A stretch of DNA of 63,289 nt, filler included, from Perkinsus olseni (GCA_013115125.1; 23 parts of 23 records of this genome joined end to end with filler, not necessarily neighbours in it); one strand, 5' to 3'. Positions 24,355 to 37,259 are shown, counted from the whole stretch's first letter. Translations and numbers: made by a program. The notes: generated by a model from the sequence alone, not told the origin.

Positions 24355-24995
24355 TGTTACTGAACGGCAGACTGTGAGTATATTTGGTTAGTTTTGCTAC
24401 TGTAGTGTAATATGTGTGGTATGGACATTCGTAAGGGGTGTAGTGTTCACTCGAAAAGGCAGGGGCTCGGAATCAGTACCCGTTTCTTGTCGGAAAATTT
24501 GTCCTCGGAACCTGATCCAATGAGCCGCACTTGAGCACATTTCGAGCTCGTAAGAGCGCAACTCGGATTCGGAAAAGTTCCGCCGAGCGCTGTGCGGTTC
24601 AGCGCAGTGTACGGAGACCTGTTAACTAATATGGTTGATCTGTCTCTTGTATGATAGTATCTATCGTTATACTTTGACGGTATTTACTATATTGTCTGTG
24701 CTGTCTATTGTGCTAGCCTCGGTGTTGTGAGGTAACCGATTTGTGCACGCGTGCTGTCTCCTCAAGGGTTGTGAGGATCCTTAGGGTGAGGCGTTCGTGA
24801 GCGAACAAGGTCGCTTACTTACTTTGGACTTGAGCCCAGGCTCAGGGTGATTTACCGTGATTTGAGATATCTCATCCGCCAGTGGCTACGCTTCGTTTGA
24901 ACGGTATCGTAGTCAGGGATTAGTTACGGTATTGCCTAACGAGTTAGGGATTGAGTTGAATAGTCACGATGGTATTGACTCGTAGTGGCAAGAGC
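24355..24995 (+). mobile_element. Possible LTR followed by a PBS-like TGG motif
   Basis: Starts TGTTAC, is GT-rich and non-coding, and ends ACTCGTAG|TGGCAAGAG, resembling ACTCCTAG|TGGCGAAGA upstream of the gag in contig 1. Confidence 0.3.
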
Positions 24996-25126
24996 TCCAA
25001 TAGATTCGTTGATCACGCGGATGAACNNNNNNNNNNNNNNNNNNNNNNNNNNNNNNNNNNNNNNNNNNNNTTAATTAATTAANNNNNNNNNNNNNNNNNN
25101 NNNNNNNNNNNNNNNNNNNNNNNNNN

Positions 25127-25255
25127 GATAGTAGTAGTGCTGGTCGTAGGTGATAGTAGTAGTGCTGGTCGTAGTTGATAGTAGTAGTGCTGGTCGTAGG
25201 TGATAGTAGTAGTGCTGGTCGTAGGTGATAGTAGTAGTGCTGGCCGTGGTAGTGG
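25127..25255 (+). repeat. Minisatellite (GATAGTAGTAGTGCTGGTCGTAGGT)n
   Basis: About five tandem 25-bp units at the contig start. Confidence 0.9.
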
Positions 25256-25575
25256 CTCTACTTGGCTTAGCCCACCGATACAACATCAGCCTTATAAGGA
25301 CACCCACGAGCTTATGCACCTTCTTCAAACTTCCGCTATTCTACCCTCGCGGATAATCTCGAGATAGAACATGTGGTTATACATCGGAAAACACGTTTGT
25401 GGCGCAGAGGTGTAAACTTGCTCCTTCGTGCACTCAAACGATGGCACTAAATTGATCGATTCAAGTTGGGACTGGAGAAAATCGAAGTACGCGTGTTCAG
25501 CTCCCAAAAAGCCTCGGGGCGGCGTGAAAGATGACTGGTTCGCCAGCAAGTGCGGCATCAACATGATGTGTTGTG

Positions 25576-27791
25576 AAGTACTCGTCGGCAAGTGATCGTG
25601 CAGGGAGATTGTCAACCTTTTCAACGACCGATGGTGAAAGTTTCTTAAGCCTCTTCGGAGAGGGAAGATCCTTCTTGTCAGTCGGGGGCTCAGATGTTGG
25701 ACTTCTACACCTAAACAGAATCATTTATGACGGGGCAACAGCAGCACGATGAGGAGGAGGAGAAGGCCTTACCGTTTAGTCGGGGAGGGCTGCTTCCGTT
25801 GCCTCAAGGCACGAGTAGCCTTCGCGCTTTGAGAAGGGCGAACGAAGTGCAAAAATTGCTGTCTTTCTCGGGCAATGGAAGATGCTTTGCGACCCCCTTG
25901 TCTGTTAAGTTGAAGATGAATCACACACAACGATGAACACTAAGAAGCGTTTCAAACCGTACGACTACGATAGTGCTGGCCGTGCAGTCATTGGGCGTTC
26001 CCAACACGATGTGAACCTTTCGAGATACCCTAGCGGCGACGACGTCGAAAGATGGTGTCCTTCCGAAAGAACGAGGCGAGCGGTTCTTTCTCAATTGAGT
26101 CCGCTGACTCCGCACCATCGAAGAGATCTGTCGAAGCGGCGGGCCATTCCCTACCGGATGAACCAAGTGGAACTTAGAATCGATACTGGATTTGCTTTTC
26201 ACGCGTAAAATGTGGTTCAAGTATCACTTCCCGAGCTTCAGAGCTCAGACCCGTCTCAACCCGGTAATGAGCAAGGTAGCACACATACTGCAGAGGTGTT
26301 GCTAACAAGTTTCGGCGTACTAGACATCAAACGCGAGCCTTGCTCATTCGCTCCTTTCGAGGGAAGGAATCTTTCTTCGTACGGTTACCAGGTGTCGCCG
26401 ACACGGATGGCGGCTGACGACGAATCGAGTGCACATGTCGCTTAATCGAGCACATCCAAAAGCTGCCTTAGAAAGATGCAGTGATAAACCTGTCAGTTCC
26501 ACCCTTTTAGAATATGTTCATTAGCATACTATATATACCTCGACCTTCCGATTGCGTTGCTACGGGGCAACGCGCGGTGTGAATGGGGCTCATGAAGAGT
26601 CGCCACTACTAGCCGTACTGGCGTGTTCAAGACGGATAACTCTTCTTTTCCAGCAACTGTCGCCGCCGTTGTCCTCGTTATCGCTGTGCAGTGCAAGATC
26701 TGTACGAGACTGACGCCCACCCGCGAGAGACACTGAGACTATCAACCAACAGCAACCTCGCTCACTGGGGTTAGATTAGGCGTTAATCTCCTTTAGTGAT
26801 CATCGTACAGTCTGGCGATCCGAGCAACGGGCATCTCACAGCCAACAACAGCAGCGGAATCGCGCTAGCCAAGCTATCGATCATTTAGGCGAGCGCGCTT
26901 CTCTTTGCAAGAATTCTGCGTGACACGTTTACGCGTACGATCGCCCCGCCGTCGCCTTTCCGTTCCTTTACCTTCACAGATTGAACACATACTCAAGGGA
27001 AGAAGTGCTGCAACACTTGAAAGCTGGCCTGTTTCGCCGTCCTACGTTAACGCTTGAGTGCGGTTGCTTCATATCTTGGGTTGATGCTTGCTCGTCGTGG
27101 ACCCGCTAGATCCGCCCAGTCCTGAGCGCTCGATCACGCGTCAAGGTCTCCCGAACCCCACTAGGAGCTCCTCAAAGGGCCCCCTTTGGTCACAGCGCTC
27201 GAGCCTCTCACGAGGTGGCGGCTGACGACTGCGGACGGCCAAGGAAACGCTCCGGACGAGAAACGCTGATATCCTTGATTGTGGTTGGTAGTTGTGCTCG
27301 GTATTCCTTCCATTGCGAATACAAGAGTACTCCTTCAGTGACATATCTTAGGTCGCTTCGTGGAAGATACAAAGTAGGTAGAGTTTCGACTTCTCCTTGG
27401 TTAGTGCTCCCGTTGATGATTACTGCAATGAGTCCAGTGTTACCTCGATCTCCCCCACCTAATCGGTTCGATCAGTACAGACGTACTCATCCCTCTGCTA
27501 GTCGCCAAGCTCATCATCAAACTCCCCAAAAGCGGTACGTCCAATACAACCCGAGTGGTCCGAAGATTCGGGATTGGCGGAAGCAGCCCTCCCCGACTAA
27601 ACGGTAAGGTCTCCTCATCGTGCTGCTGTTGCCCCGTCATGAATGATTCTGTTTAGGTGTAGAAGTCCAACATCTGAGCCCTCGACTGACAAGAAGGATC
27701 TTCCCTCTCCGAAGAGGGTTAAGAAACTTTCACCATCGGTCGTTGAAAAGGTTGACAATCTCCTTGCACGATCACTTGCCGACGAGTACTT
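25576..27791. repeat. Long inverted duplication (arms 25576-25798 and 27578-27791)
   Basis: The same peptide MILFRCRSPTSEP.TDKKDLPSPKR.KKLSPSVVEKVDNL.ARSLADEY appears on opposite strands, with a few substitutions and a small indel. The right arm is cut by the contig end. Confidence 0.92.
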
Positions 27792-28417
27792 NNNNNNNNN
27801 NNNNNNNNNNNNNNNNNNNNNNNNNNNNNNNNNNNTTAATTAATTAANNNNNNNNNNNNNNNNNNNNNNNNNNNNNNNNNNNNNNNNNNNNCCCTTCTAC
27901 CATGTGAGTCACTTTTTTATACAATAGCTATATAGGCCACCGTCCATCGGTAATCGCCTAATCCTTTATAATACGAGTTTACTTTTCCTTCCCGTACGTC
28001 TCAGCGGGAATGTCTGTTATTGACATTTGTTGTATAGTGTGTTGAAACTAAACTCTTTGATCTGGCTGACTGTTTCGAGTGTTTCGTTCAGTCATGACTT
28101 TGGATGGGTTCTGAGGTGTAGTTAATCGGAGCGTATGAGTGCTATGGCATGTGTCGGTCTGATGCAGTTGCTCCGACAACAGCGTCGGATGGCCACTCAG
28201 CAACCGAGCGTATTCATCGCCTTATCGTTCCTAAAAAGGGTGTTTACGCTACTGAGCCTGTCTATAATCATCTCGAGATTGAAATACATGTCTAACCAGG
28301 ATGTGGCTCATGCAAGTATCTCTTGTTAAGCCGATACACTTACCTTAGCCTTCCCCTCCTGCCGGCCGCACATAGTCGCTAGTGGACGCGCTCTCTCTTC
28401 TCCGTGGATGTGAGGAC

Positions 28418-30543
28418 ATGGTTGATGTCAGACCGACATTGTCAGGTGTGAGGGTCGTCGTCGTCGTCGTAGTATTTACACCTTCTCTTCTCCCACGATA
28501 CTACTCCCCCGCTTCATTCCACTGCTGCTGCTGGGCTCAGCCGCGGCTTCGAAAGAACCCGTACAAACTCATATTCACGTGAAGTACACCATTGCTAGAG
28601 GCGACGATACCAAAGAGCTCCTTGATGAAGCGAGAGAGTTGAAGAAGTGGGCGTCCACCCGCTCAGCATCGTCGAACATGATCAAATTCGTGAGCTTCCC
28701 ACCGCCTTGTCGAGAACTGTTGAGAGTGCGTCACCTCTGCAGATGGGCGATCTAATCACACAGCTGAATAGAACTCATACACAACAACAGATGATCGCCA
28801 TGAGGTCAGTCGGCAAGGCTGCCGATAAGCCACCACAGAGCTTCACTGAGGGCAAGAGAAAATTTCCGATATGAAAAAGTTGCAGAGCAAGAAATGTAGA
28901 AAAACGGTGGAGCTTCGTGCATGTCGTGAAGATCTCCCGTGCACGGTCGTACTAGAAGTTAGTCTGAGCTTGCCTCATTCCTCAAACGCCGAAGGTCACC
29001 GTATTCTCATTGTGATTGCTCTGCCATTCTCGTGCTTCCGCCGTGGGATTGTCCTTTCGTAGCCGAGCTCAGATCGGCCCCACCACTAGCAGGCACAGTG
29101 AAGAGGCTAGCTGTTGGTGAGATCGAGCAGCTGGTGGAGAAGGGAGAATTCCGACTTCCACAGGAACCGATATTGTTGCAAAACGGCACTGGTTGCTGTA
29201 TCAAGGAGTCTGACCTACGTCAATGGACGGCCGAGTAGGTTCTGCATACTCCAGCTTATACAAGCGGATCTTCCGATCACACATGTCTGCCGAAGCGAGT
29301 CGCATCATGCTACATTATTTCCTCGGATAATGGGGAGTACTCTTTTGTACTGTACAACTCAGCGCGGCCGACTTCGATGGCATTGTATCCTGGAGCAGGA
29401 TATAGAACTCTCTATCTCCATCAGGTCTATGTCCGGGAAGGACTTTTCCAAGGTGAAGATGAACTTCCTATCATCACGAGACAAACAGTTATCTAGAATG
29501 GGCGTACGAGTCCCTAGGAAGGAGATATCGTTCTCTAACTACCTCAGCAGGTGCTTCTCTAACAAAGTGAGCACCCGTCAGCTTACAGAGCTTCCCTCCG
29601 CGCGCGCCTTCCGGGCTCACCACTTCTGGCAGTGGAAACGGTCATGGCTGGTCTGACGAAGCCTTTGAAATTCGGCCTTCACTGAACCGATATCGGTCTC
29701 CATTCATCACGATGGCATTCATCTCAGCTACCCGGGTCTGGCACCGAGAATTGTGAAGTAGATCTTCCGTTGAGGTCCTGGCTGCCCAGGGAACCTCCGT
29801 CCGACTTCAACTCTCGCTACGACAATATCACTGCTCAGCTAGGAGAAGTAGTTATCTTTTCGTCCGTATGAGCCCGCTGAGCTGCGATCACAGATCATCC
29901 CATGGTCTCGTCTGATGACATGGCGAGAGCACATCTTTGAAGCTGGCTGGAATGACATCATGACCATAGTGGGATCCATTACTGGCAATGACAGGGAAGA
30001 GGCAGGCCACAGCCATCCGCCCTCTAGTCGCGTCACTCCCCTGTCTCAGCGAGAGGATCTCATCGAGCGGCTGTATACGGGTCGTTTACACAGGCGTCTA
30101 GTGGTCGGGCCATCAGGCAGTGGTGAAGAGCTCAGGCCCAACCCCATGGGAGAAACCCTGGTGGACTCGCTGCTGCACGGAAGGTAGACAGCATCCCGGC
30201 TCGATCGGCGACAGCCTCTCACCCCTTCAGTCGGCGGTGGCTCATCGTCCCGTACTCGGAGTTGCTTCGAGTTTCCGAGTCCGCGAAGGAAGCTCTGGAG
30301 CCTACTACTGCGTTTATCTTCTTCGAAGTAACGTGATATGGTCGATCTCCCAACTCTACAGCATCGCCCGAGTGACGACTAGGTAGGGCGATATTTTCGT
30401 CAGGAGAAGCTCGTGGAACTGCGCGAGGAGTTCGGCTTACGAGACTACTACGAATGCCAACAGCAGCCCGGTGAAACCTCTGAGTGTGGGGAGGGGGAGT
30501 GGGGCGTGCGAGCACCGGAACCTGAGGCAAGCGCAGTTCCGTG
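28418..30543 (+). CDS. JmjC-domain protein (JMJD6/JMJD8-like), multi-exon, 3' partial, metal ligands substituted
   Basis: EPILLQNG...W, ISFSNYL, RRLVVGPSGSGEELRPNP.G...DSLLHG|RRWLIVP and YECQQQPGE follow JmjC order. A signal-like segment ILLPRFIPLLLLGSAAAS lies near the N-terminus. The start position is uncertain. Confidence 0.75.
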
Positions 30544-30643
30544 NNNNNNNNNNNNNNNNNNNNNNNNNNNNNNNNNNNNNNNNNNNNTTAATTAATTAAN
30601 NNNNNNNNNNNNNNNNNNNNNNNNNNNNNNNNNNNNNNNNNNN

Positions 30644-30716
30644 CCGCAGGCGAGCGCTTGCTTCGTCTCTGTATTTGCACCACTCTACACTGCGCGGGCT
30701 TCGTGTAGTTCGTCAA
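30644..30716. repeat. Repeat terminus shared with 33397-33469 (probable LTR end ...TTCGTCA)
   Basis: A 73-bp near-identical sequence opens two different contigs and diverges sharply after GTTCGTCAA. Confidence 0.8.
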
Positions 30717-30997
30717 GCAAAAACCAGCACGCGAGCATTCCAACCTTTCAGCGGGTCAAGTGAGAGTTCACAGTCCAATTGAAAGCAGCACACCCTGAAG
30801 CGATACATCCCCATACAACCTATCAGGACTAAACAGAACTCTGAGCAACGGTGAATGAAAAGCTATGGTCATTAATAGTAAGACTGAGCTCAGATATGCA
30901 CATCGATAGTCCCCTCCTCAAGGCAGGAGGCGAGCCACTAGACATTCTGAGTCAATGAGACGTAACAGAAGATTGCGTGGCGTACCGAAGACCGATC

Positions 30998-32305
30998 TTA
31001 GGCAGCGGCTTGTCTACCATCCTCTAGTAAAGCAGTCTGCAAATCATGATCATGGTCCTCGATCTTTTCCTTTACTAGGAAGAACAAGGGTATCCTCATT
31101 AACAAAGCTACCGTGTAGATATGCGCAGTAATACCGAAAGCATAGCGGTAGTCGTGACCATCACATAACCACCCACCGAGGGCGGCACTCCCAGCCCACG
31201 ACGCTGCTGTGATGCTCTCCACTGCGTTCCATCGCCCTCGCTGCTTCGAAACGACGTAGTCCATTATTAGGGAACGATCCAACGGATACACTGCATTCTG
31301 AAATCCTCCTCGGATGAAGTAGACCACCAGTAGGAGGGGGAGCGAGTAGAGGTAGGAGAGGCCATAGAGGCAGGCCGTGCCGATACCCGCGAACAGGAAA
31401 CACGCCTTGACACGACCCAGAATCTTCGAAGTGCGATTGCAAAGATACGTTGCAATTCCAATAACAATGGAATAGGAACCGACTAGGATCTGCAGCTGCA
31501 TCGGGGAGAAGCCGTAGTCGTTCATGAAGAAGAGGGGAAAATATCGAACAGTCATGCCAGCACCAATCGACGTTATCACATCATTCAAAGATATAACATA
31601 CGGCACCAACCAACCATATCCAGCACGCAGTCGAGAAACCTTCTCGGAGTCGGTCAGGATCTTCACCTCCACGGTTTCACCCACTCCAGCGTCCCCACCC
31701 TTGATACTAATATTAGTATCCGAATGCTCATGATGCTCAACGTCTCGCCATAAGGTGTTAATCCAATTCGTCGGGAATTCTACCAGACCGACGATGACGA
31801 TTATCCGGTGGAGGATAGGGAGTTGCCACTCGTTGCCCAGGACGTGGACCAGAATCACACCCAAGAAGGGCCCAGTACCACCGGCCACGTTCTGCAGAAT
31901 CGACACTGTACTCATAGCATCAGCTCGATGACCATGTGGTAGGGAGTCAGCAAAGAGGGAATACGACGCAGAGGACTGTATCACCCATTGTGCTCCGTAC
32001 AGGAAGAATACAACATACAACAGGACCAAATTATCCGTAACGACACCGTATCTGAACAGTAGCAGTCCACAGATGTCCACGCCAGTGCTCTTCCAAACGC
32101 TTACGATACGGATCGATACGACGAAGTCAAACACGGGGCACTTACAAATATAGTACGAGTGCTGCTGTGAGCACCATGGACCCTATCTTCAGTAGCCGCG
32201 CACGACTGTAGTGGTCGATTAACCAACCAGCCGGCATGGCTAGAACCAAGGAGGCGGCACCGAATATCGAAGCCACGAGTCCCACCTCCGTATTCCTTTC
32301 ACCTG
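30998..32305 (-). CDS. Major facilitator superfamily transporter (5' end unresolved)
   Basis: Many transmembrane segments; MFS motif-A-like GWLIDHYSRAR and SKILGRVK; SLFADSLPHGHRADA, SLIMDYVVSKQRGRWNA, ALGGWLCDGHDYR. Confidence 0.9.
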
Positions 32306-33225
32306 AATGAGCACATGTGACTGAGATGATTCGACTCCATCAAATGTTCGACCTCTTCCCGCGAATATCATGTTCGATCCTGATCCTGTCTCTCGACAAG
32401 ACTTGTCGCGAAAGCATCATCTACGTTGATACAGCCAATGTAGCGCGAGAGAATAGAAAACACTACTACCGTCCGCAGTAGAAACATGGACTGCTCTGTT
32501 GATACGGAATAACGTTAAGAATGTTTATTGATTGCTCTTACGGCCCGACTACGGAGCCAGTAGGTCTGACGCAGACTGTCGGCGACGCAGATTCCGCGTC
32601 AGCAGCTTCTCCCCTCCAATTTCCCGTGAATCGCCGACGGTGTCTCCCGGTGGTATTCCGATGGGAAAATGTCTTCTCGTAGACGCAGGTTGGTTGTCTA
32701 TAATAACATCGACGTAGTTTAGCAAGAGATCACAAGTAACATTCGTAACACAATTACACCAAAATGGTGTCACCAATCAGCCCGACTCTGTAGAACGCCT
32801 GGCTTAGATCCAACAGACTGATCGCTAGTGAGGACACAAATGTTGCCAGAAGAGTGCTGCGATCTTGGCCACCGTGTATCCCATGTAACACGGCGCGGCG
32901 ATGCGTTCGTTGACCCTCCTTCAGTCAGACACTGGGCGGACGTTTGTGCTCTTATGGTCGGACTGCACCACGGGGAAGACAACCATCGGGCACATCCTCT
33001 TGTCTCCACGTCTGTCCTTTAGGTCCTGCTAAACTTTAGAGTTTGCCCCGCCTTCCCGTTTCATAGGCATATGCCCGCATGACCCTATCGTACTCACCAG
33101 AGCCATCGATGGGCGCGAAATGCAGCGTTTGCCTGATTGCATTATTCCCTACCGCGTCACAGAAACACATAAATAAAGCGTTGTCCACACCAGGCTGGTG
33201 TGTCTGTCGCAGTAGTGCCACACCG

Positions 33226-33227
<2 letters not shown>

Positions 33228-33295
<68 letters not shown>
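33228..33295. other. Poly-G run at contig end (likely sequencing artefact)
   Basis: 68 consecutive G abutting the linker. Confidence 0.75.
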
Positions 33296-33396
33296 NNNNN
33301 NNNNNNNNNNNNNNNNNNNNNNNNNNNNNNNNNNNNNNNTTAATTAATTAANNNNNNNNNNNNNNNNNNNNNNNNNNNNNNNNNNNNNNNNNNNNG

Positions 33397-33469
33397 CCGC
33401 AGGCGAGCGCTTGCTTCGTCTCCGTATTTGCACCACTCTACACTGCGCGGGCTTCGTGTAGTTCGTCAA
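33397..33469. repeat. Second copy of the repeat terminus seen at 30644-30716
   Basis: One mismatch relative to the first copy. Confidence 0.8.
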
Positions 33470-34000
33470 ACAATTTAGATCATGCAGCGCGAATAGTTGA
33501 TGCGGAGCACCAATCCTGCACTCGACACGGATGACGAGGCTCGCTCTTGTTGGAGGCTCAACTACGTGCACCGACCGTGATATATACGCATTCTTCGGAT
33601 TGTGCCGTCTCGGTTTGTCTGCCCTCTCTTGGAAAACAACAGTCGCATGTTGTCTGCTCAGGCTATGATCACGCAAGGGGGACTTGCTTGCTGCGATGGA
33701 TGTGCTGTTCTGGCGTGAAAAGGTTTATCCTTACCGTACATGATTGATGAGAAATCAAGCGGATGCCCGATAAATCTGCAAAGTGCAATGGAGTATCCTG
33801 ACGTCGAAGATATGTACCGCGCGGTGAAGAGGATCTTACAAGCGTTTCAAAGATATTCTTTTTTCTGTTATATGTCCTTACTCAAGGATTCTGTAACAAT
33901 ATGATCAGTGGTGGGTCACTATAATGACTATTCTTTCGACATCCGGTCACGTGGGCCACGTGGTAATCCTGTCAGTTGGACTTTTTTGACGCTCACCTCT

Positions 34001-34423
34001 ATGAAATCTGCCGCCTTTTTCGCTATCATCGTTGGTGCCTCCGCCACCTATTCCACCTGTCAAGATATGTGCGAGTCGCATGAGGCATGCGCCGCCTCCA
34101 AGTACGGGTCCTACTGCAAGAGCAACGGCGTCTGCTTCGGTTTCTACCACAAGGATGATGGTTATTGCTTCCAACCTGCCGAGCAAGAGTCGTGTGATGA
34201 CATTACTCTAATGCCCGTCTACTGCCCTGAGCATGAAGTGCCCGAGCCCACCTGTCAGGACGTTTGCAACGACCTTGACCAGTGCCGTATGTCCAAGTGG
34301 GGATCGTACTGCAAGACGTGGCAGGATCCCAAGGTGTGTTTCGGTATCATCAAGAAGGCTGATGGTTCCCTATGCTTCGCCCCCACTGATAAGCATTGTG
34401 AGGGCGAGCCCTATTACTGTTAG
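34001..34423 (+). CDS. Small secreted Cys-rich protein with two tandem modules
   Basis: Signal peptide MKSAAFFAIIVGASA, then two repeats of TCQD.C.....C..SK.GSYCK...VCFG......G..CF.P....C. Intronless, 140 aa. Confidence 0.88.
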   Translation: MKSAAFFAIIVGASATYSTCQDMCESHEACAASKYGSYCKSNGVCFGFYHKDDGYCFQPAEQESCDDITLMPVYCPEHEVPEPTCQDVCNDLDQCRMSKWGSYCKTWQDPKVCFGIIKKADGSLCFAPTDKHCEGEPYYC

Positions 34424-35033
34424 GCTAACAGTGTTAGCTTTTTTTCGTAGAGTGTGATTAGCCAATGTTTAATCTCAGTAGTTCCGGATCAATATGATAT
34501 TGTAGACTCTCGGAAGCAATCAATATTTTAGCTCTTGGGTATAAAGTGCATTTAGTTGGGAAGAAAGCGGGAAGGTCTTCGGAGTTGGTCGATGGTGTGG
34601 CCAAGCTTCCATTTTTCCAAAATGCCGAGTATGCTATCTGATGCTGTTGGCATTAGCGTGAGCGGCCTGTAGAGTCGGCTACTCGGTAAGTTGTATTTAA
34701 AGTTTCGTAAGTTCCTAAATCATTAAACTTTGACTATTTCAATCGAAATCGGGGCTCAGATCGATGTGAGTCGCGAGTTGGATAGGACTTGATCCGCACA
34801 CGGCTGTGTATGAGAGGATAAGCCGATCGTGTTACCCAGAGTGGTGATACGGCTGCGGAACATAATTGTGATGGTGCGCGTCACGTCATCGGAGCAATGA
34901 CAACTTCCATGCGCAACAGGTAGTTTGAGTTCAGCACACAGTAAAGTGATTATTCATGGTGTTCATTCGTCCATCAAAAATTGAGTTCATGAGATTGAAC
35001 GAGAATTCACAGACCAAATGTTGAGGACTTCAT

Positions 35034-35520
35034 TCAGCGAGATTTGAAGGGAAGTGAGAATGGAAGTTTGAAGGATGGTTTACTGGGTAATTTCAAGTGG
35101 CGTCTCAAGGATTTCCGCTGATGTGGCCTACCCACGATTGTCTCACGATAGCTACCACACATGCCTTTGTAACTGCCGTACTTCTTCTGCAATGCGCGCA
35201 GCACTTCTGAGCAGACTTTCTCCGGCTTCTTGGTCCTTCCCGCCGAGAGTTTCAAAGTGAAGTTGACTCCAAGAGGATCCATGATGGGATCGTCTTCACC
35301 GTAACTATTATATCTTTCATCCTTTCGACGCCACTCTGGCCACTTGTCATGGCCAGACGGATAATATCGAGCCAAAGTTGCATGAGCAGAACTGAGAAAC
35401 GGATATCGAAAAGGACAAGTAGCCTCCGTGCACACGAAGCCTTACAAATCGGCCTGGAATGTATCCCATTGACTCGTTCTAGGGCATATGATGTACACCC
35501 CTCCACAAATTCTTAGCATA
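35034..35520 (-). pseudogene. Lineage-specific protein fragment (apparently disrupted)
   Basis: A 133-aa ORF with upstream stops and frame changes. A 20-bp direct repeat lies at 35501-35520 and 35662-35681. Confidence 0.3.
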
Positions 35521-36143
35521 TCCGGTTTTTCGACTCGTGCACTGTCACCTGGACGAGTACGGAACTGTAACTCGAGGAGCTTTATTCTTATGCTTCCCAG
35601 GATATAACCTCCAAGTTTCAGGGCAAAAACTTGTTCTTACGCTCTTACGATAAAAAATTTTCTCCACAAATTCTTAGCATACACGGCTTAAAATTGCGCC
35701 TCAAAATACCAACTTTTACTCGGGAACTACATCTACAACTTTGCATCTGATCTAATGCGGTACACCAATGGAGAGAGCGTCTTTCAAAAAGCTATCACCC
35801 CATGTTTCGTCTCAATATTCGAAACTATCCAGCCAAAACTCATCAGGATAGCCGATACTCACTAAATCGCGCCGAAATAAGGTGTGAAACGCGTCATTTA
35901 GGGGGTGCTCAGACCTCACGACCCACTAGCAGGCTTCTGCCTTCGAATATTGAGATGAAACATAGAAGGATCCACGGGCCATTAGACGCGATCAAGAACT
36001 GTGTTGCATAACGAATTGGCACGGCTACCTGGTGAGAATTTTTNNNNNNNNNNNNNNNNNNNNNNNNNNNNNNNNNNNNNNNNNNNNTTAATTAATTAAN
36101 NNNNNNNNNNNNNNNNNNNNNNNNNNNNNNNNNNNNNNNNNNN

Positions 36144-36211
<68 letters not shown>

Positions 36212-36212
36212 G
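36144..36212 (+). repeat. (TTG)n microsatellite
   Basis: Perfect trinucleotide run at the contig start. Confidence 0.97.
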
Positions 36213-36221
36213 CTGGCGTGT

Positions 36222-37259
36222 TCATCTTATCGGTAGGCCAAAGGATTGTCCCACTAGACGTAGCCATTGGCTTGGACTCCTTTTCTCGATATCATCGGGT
36301 CCCAAGTCCTCCTCCTCTTGCTGTCGCTGTGCTGCTGCTCCTCTAAGATGCTTCATCATCCTATTGGGCATAGCTTGGGGATATCTAATAATATATTGGG
36401 ACCCGGTATACATGACCAATGCAGCACTCTGACCTCACCCTTTGGCCCATAATAGGATAGATAGGATATCAGGGTCACCACATAGAGCATAACCGGTGTT
36501 AGGGTCATATCTGATAATAACAACAACAAGGCTGAGTGATATGATTCATGATGATTGTTGTCTCTCACACAATAGGTAGTGTAAGCCTGCTGGCAGCACA
36601 CAGCTGGTGGGATACGCTACGCCATAGGTGCTCATTCAAAGGGTTGATGGATACATCGAGGATCCTAGGGGGTGGTATACCACTCTCCTTCAACTTAGAT
36701 AATACGTAACGACATTGGGGTACCTACGCTCACAATGATGATGAGGTAGTTGTGGTAGTAGTACCTGTGGACTGTAGAACATGATGGGACGAGTATCATC
36801 CAGTCTGCGATTACTATCCAACAGATACGATGTTACCGCACTATTAGGTGCTCTTCCACCATCTCTGGATGATGCAGTGGCAGCGGCTGCAGCCCAGGCT
36901 GCTAGGAAGGCCGCTGCCATTCTACGATCGTTAGATGTGCCCTTGGGTATCACACCGCCGCCCGCTCGAGTATTAGCCGAAGATGATGTTTCATTATTGG
37001 ATATGATCAAACCATCATCATCGTGATGATGATGATGGATAACATCATTGAGTGCAGATTGGAAGGCAGTAACCCCACAGTTATCCCCCGACGTGCAGGT
37101 ATAGATACCACCCCTGTGGACCAATGGACTGGATAGTAGTAATGATAGTATACCCTTACCGGTGTAGGGTAATAACATGACCACACTGAGCAGCACCCCT
37201 ACACTCAACCATCCACTCCTCAATCGTCGCCTTCCGCTTGGTATACGGGATGATGCCAT
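36222..37259 (-). CDS. Spliced hypothetical protein with N-terminal signal/anchor
   Basis: MASSRIPSGRRRLRSGWLSVGVLLSVVMLLP followed by several GT-AG-bounded exons. The 3' end is uncertain. Confidence 0.55.

Noticed and set aside
32770-33221. Possible degenerate gag fragment
   Set aside because: Only a vague resemblance, with no intact diagnostic motif.
33228-33295. Poly-Gly coding tract or G-quadruplex element
   Set aside because: Pure poly-G at a contig end is typical of two-colour sequencing no-signal artefacts.
36258-36276. Resemblance to the perkinsid/dinoflagellate spliced leader (CGTAGCCAT..TGGCT)
   Set aside because: The match is partial, lacks the TCAAG end and a donor site, and lies antisense within a probable exon.
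36222-37259. Nicastrin-like assignment
   Set aside because: Cys spacing and conserved motifs do not match; left as hypothetical.
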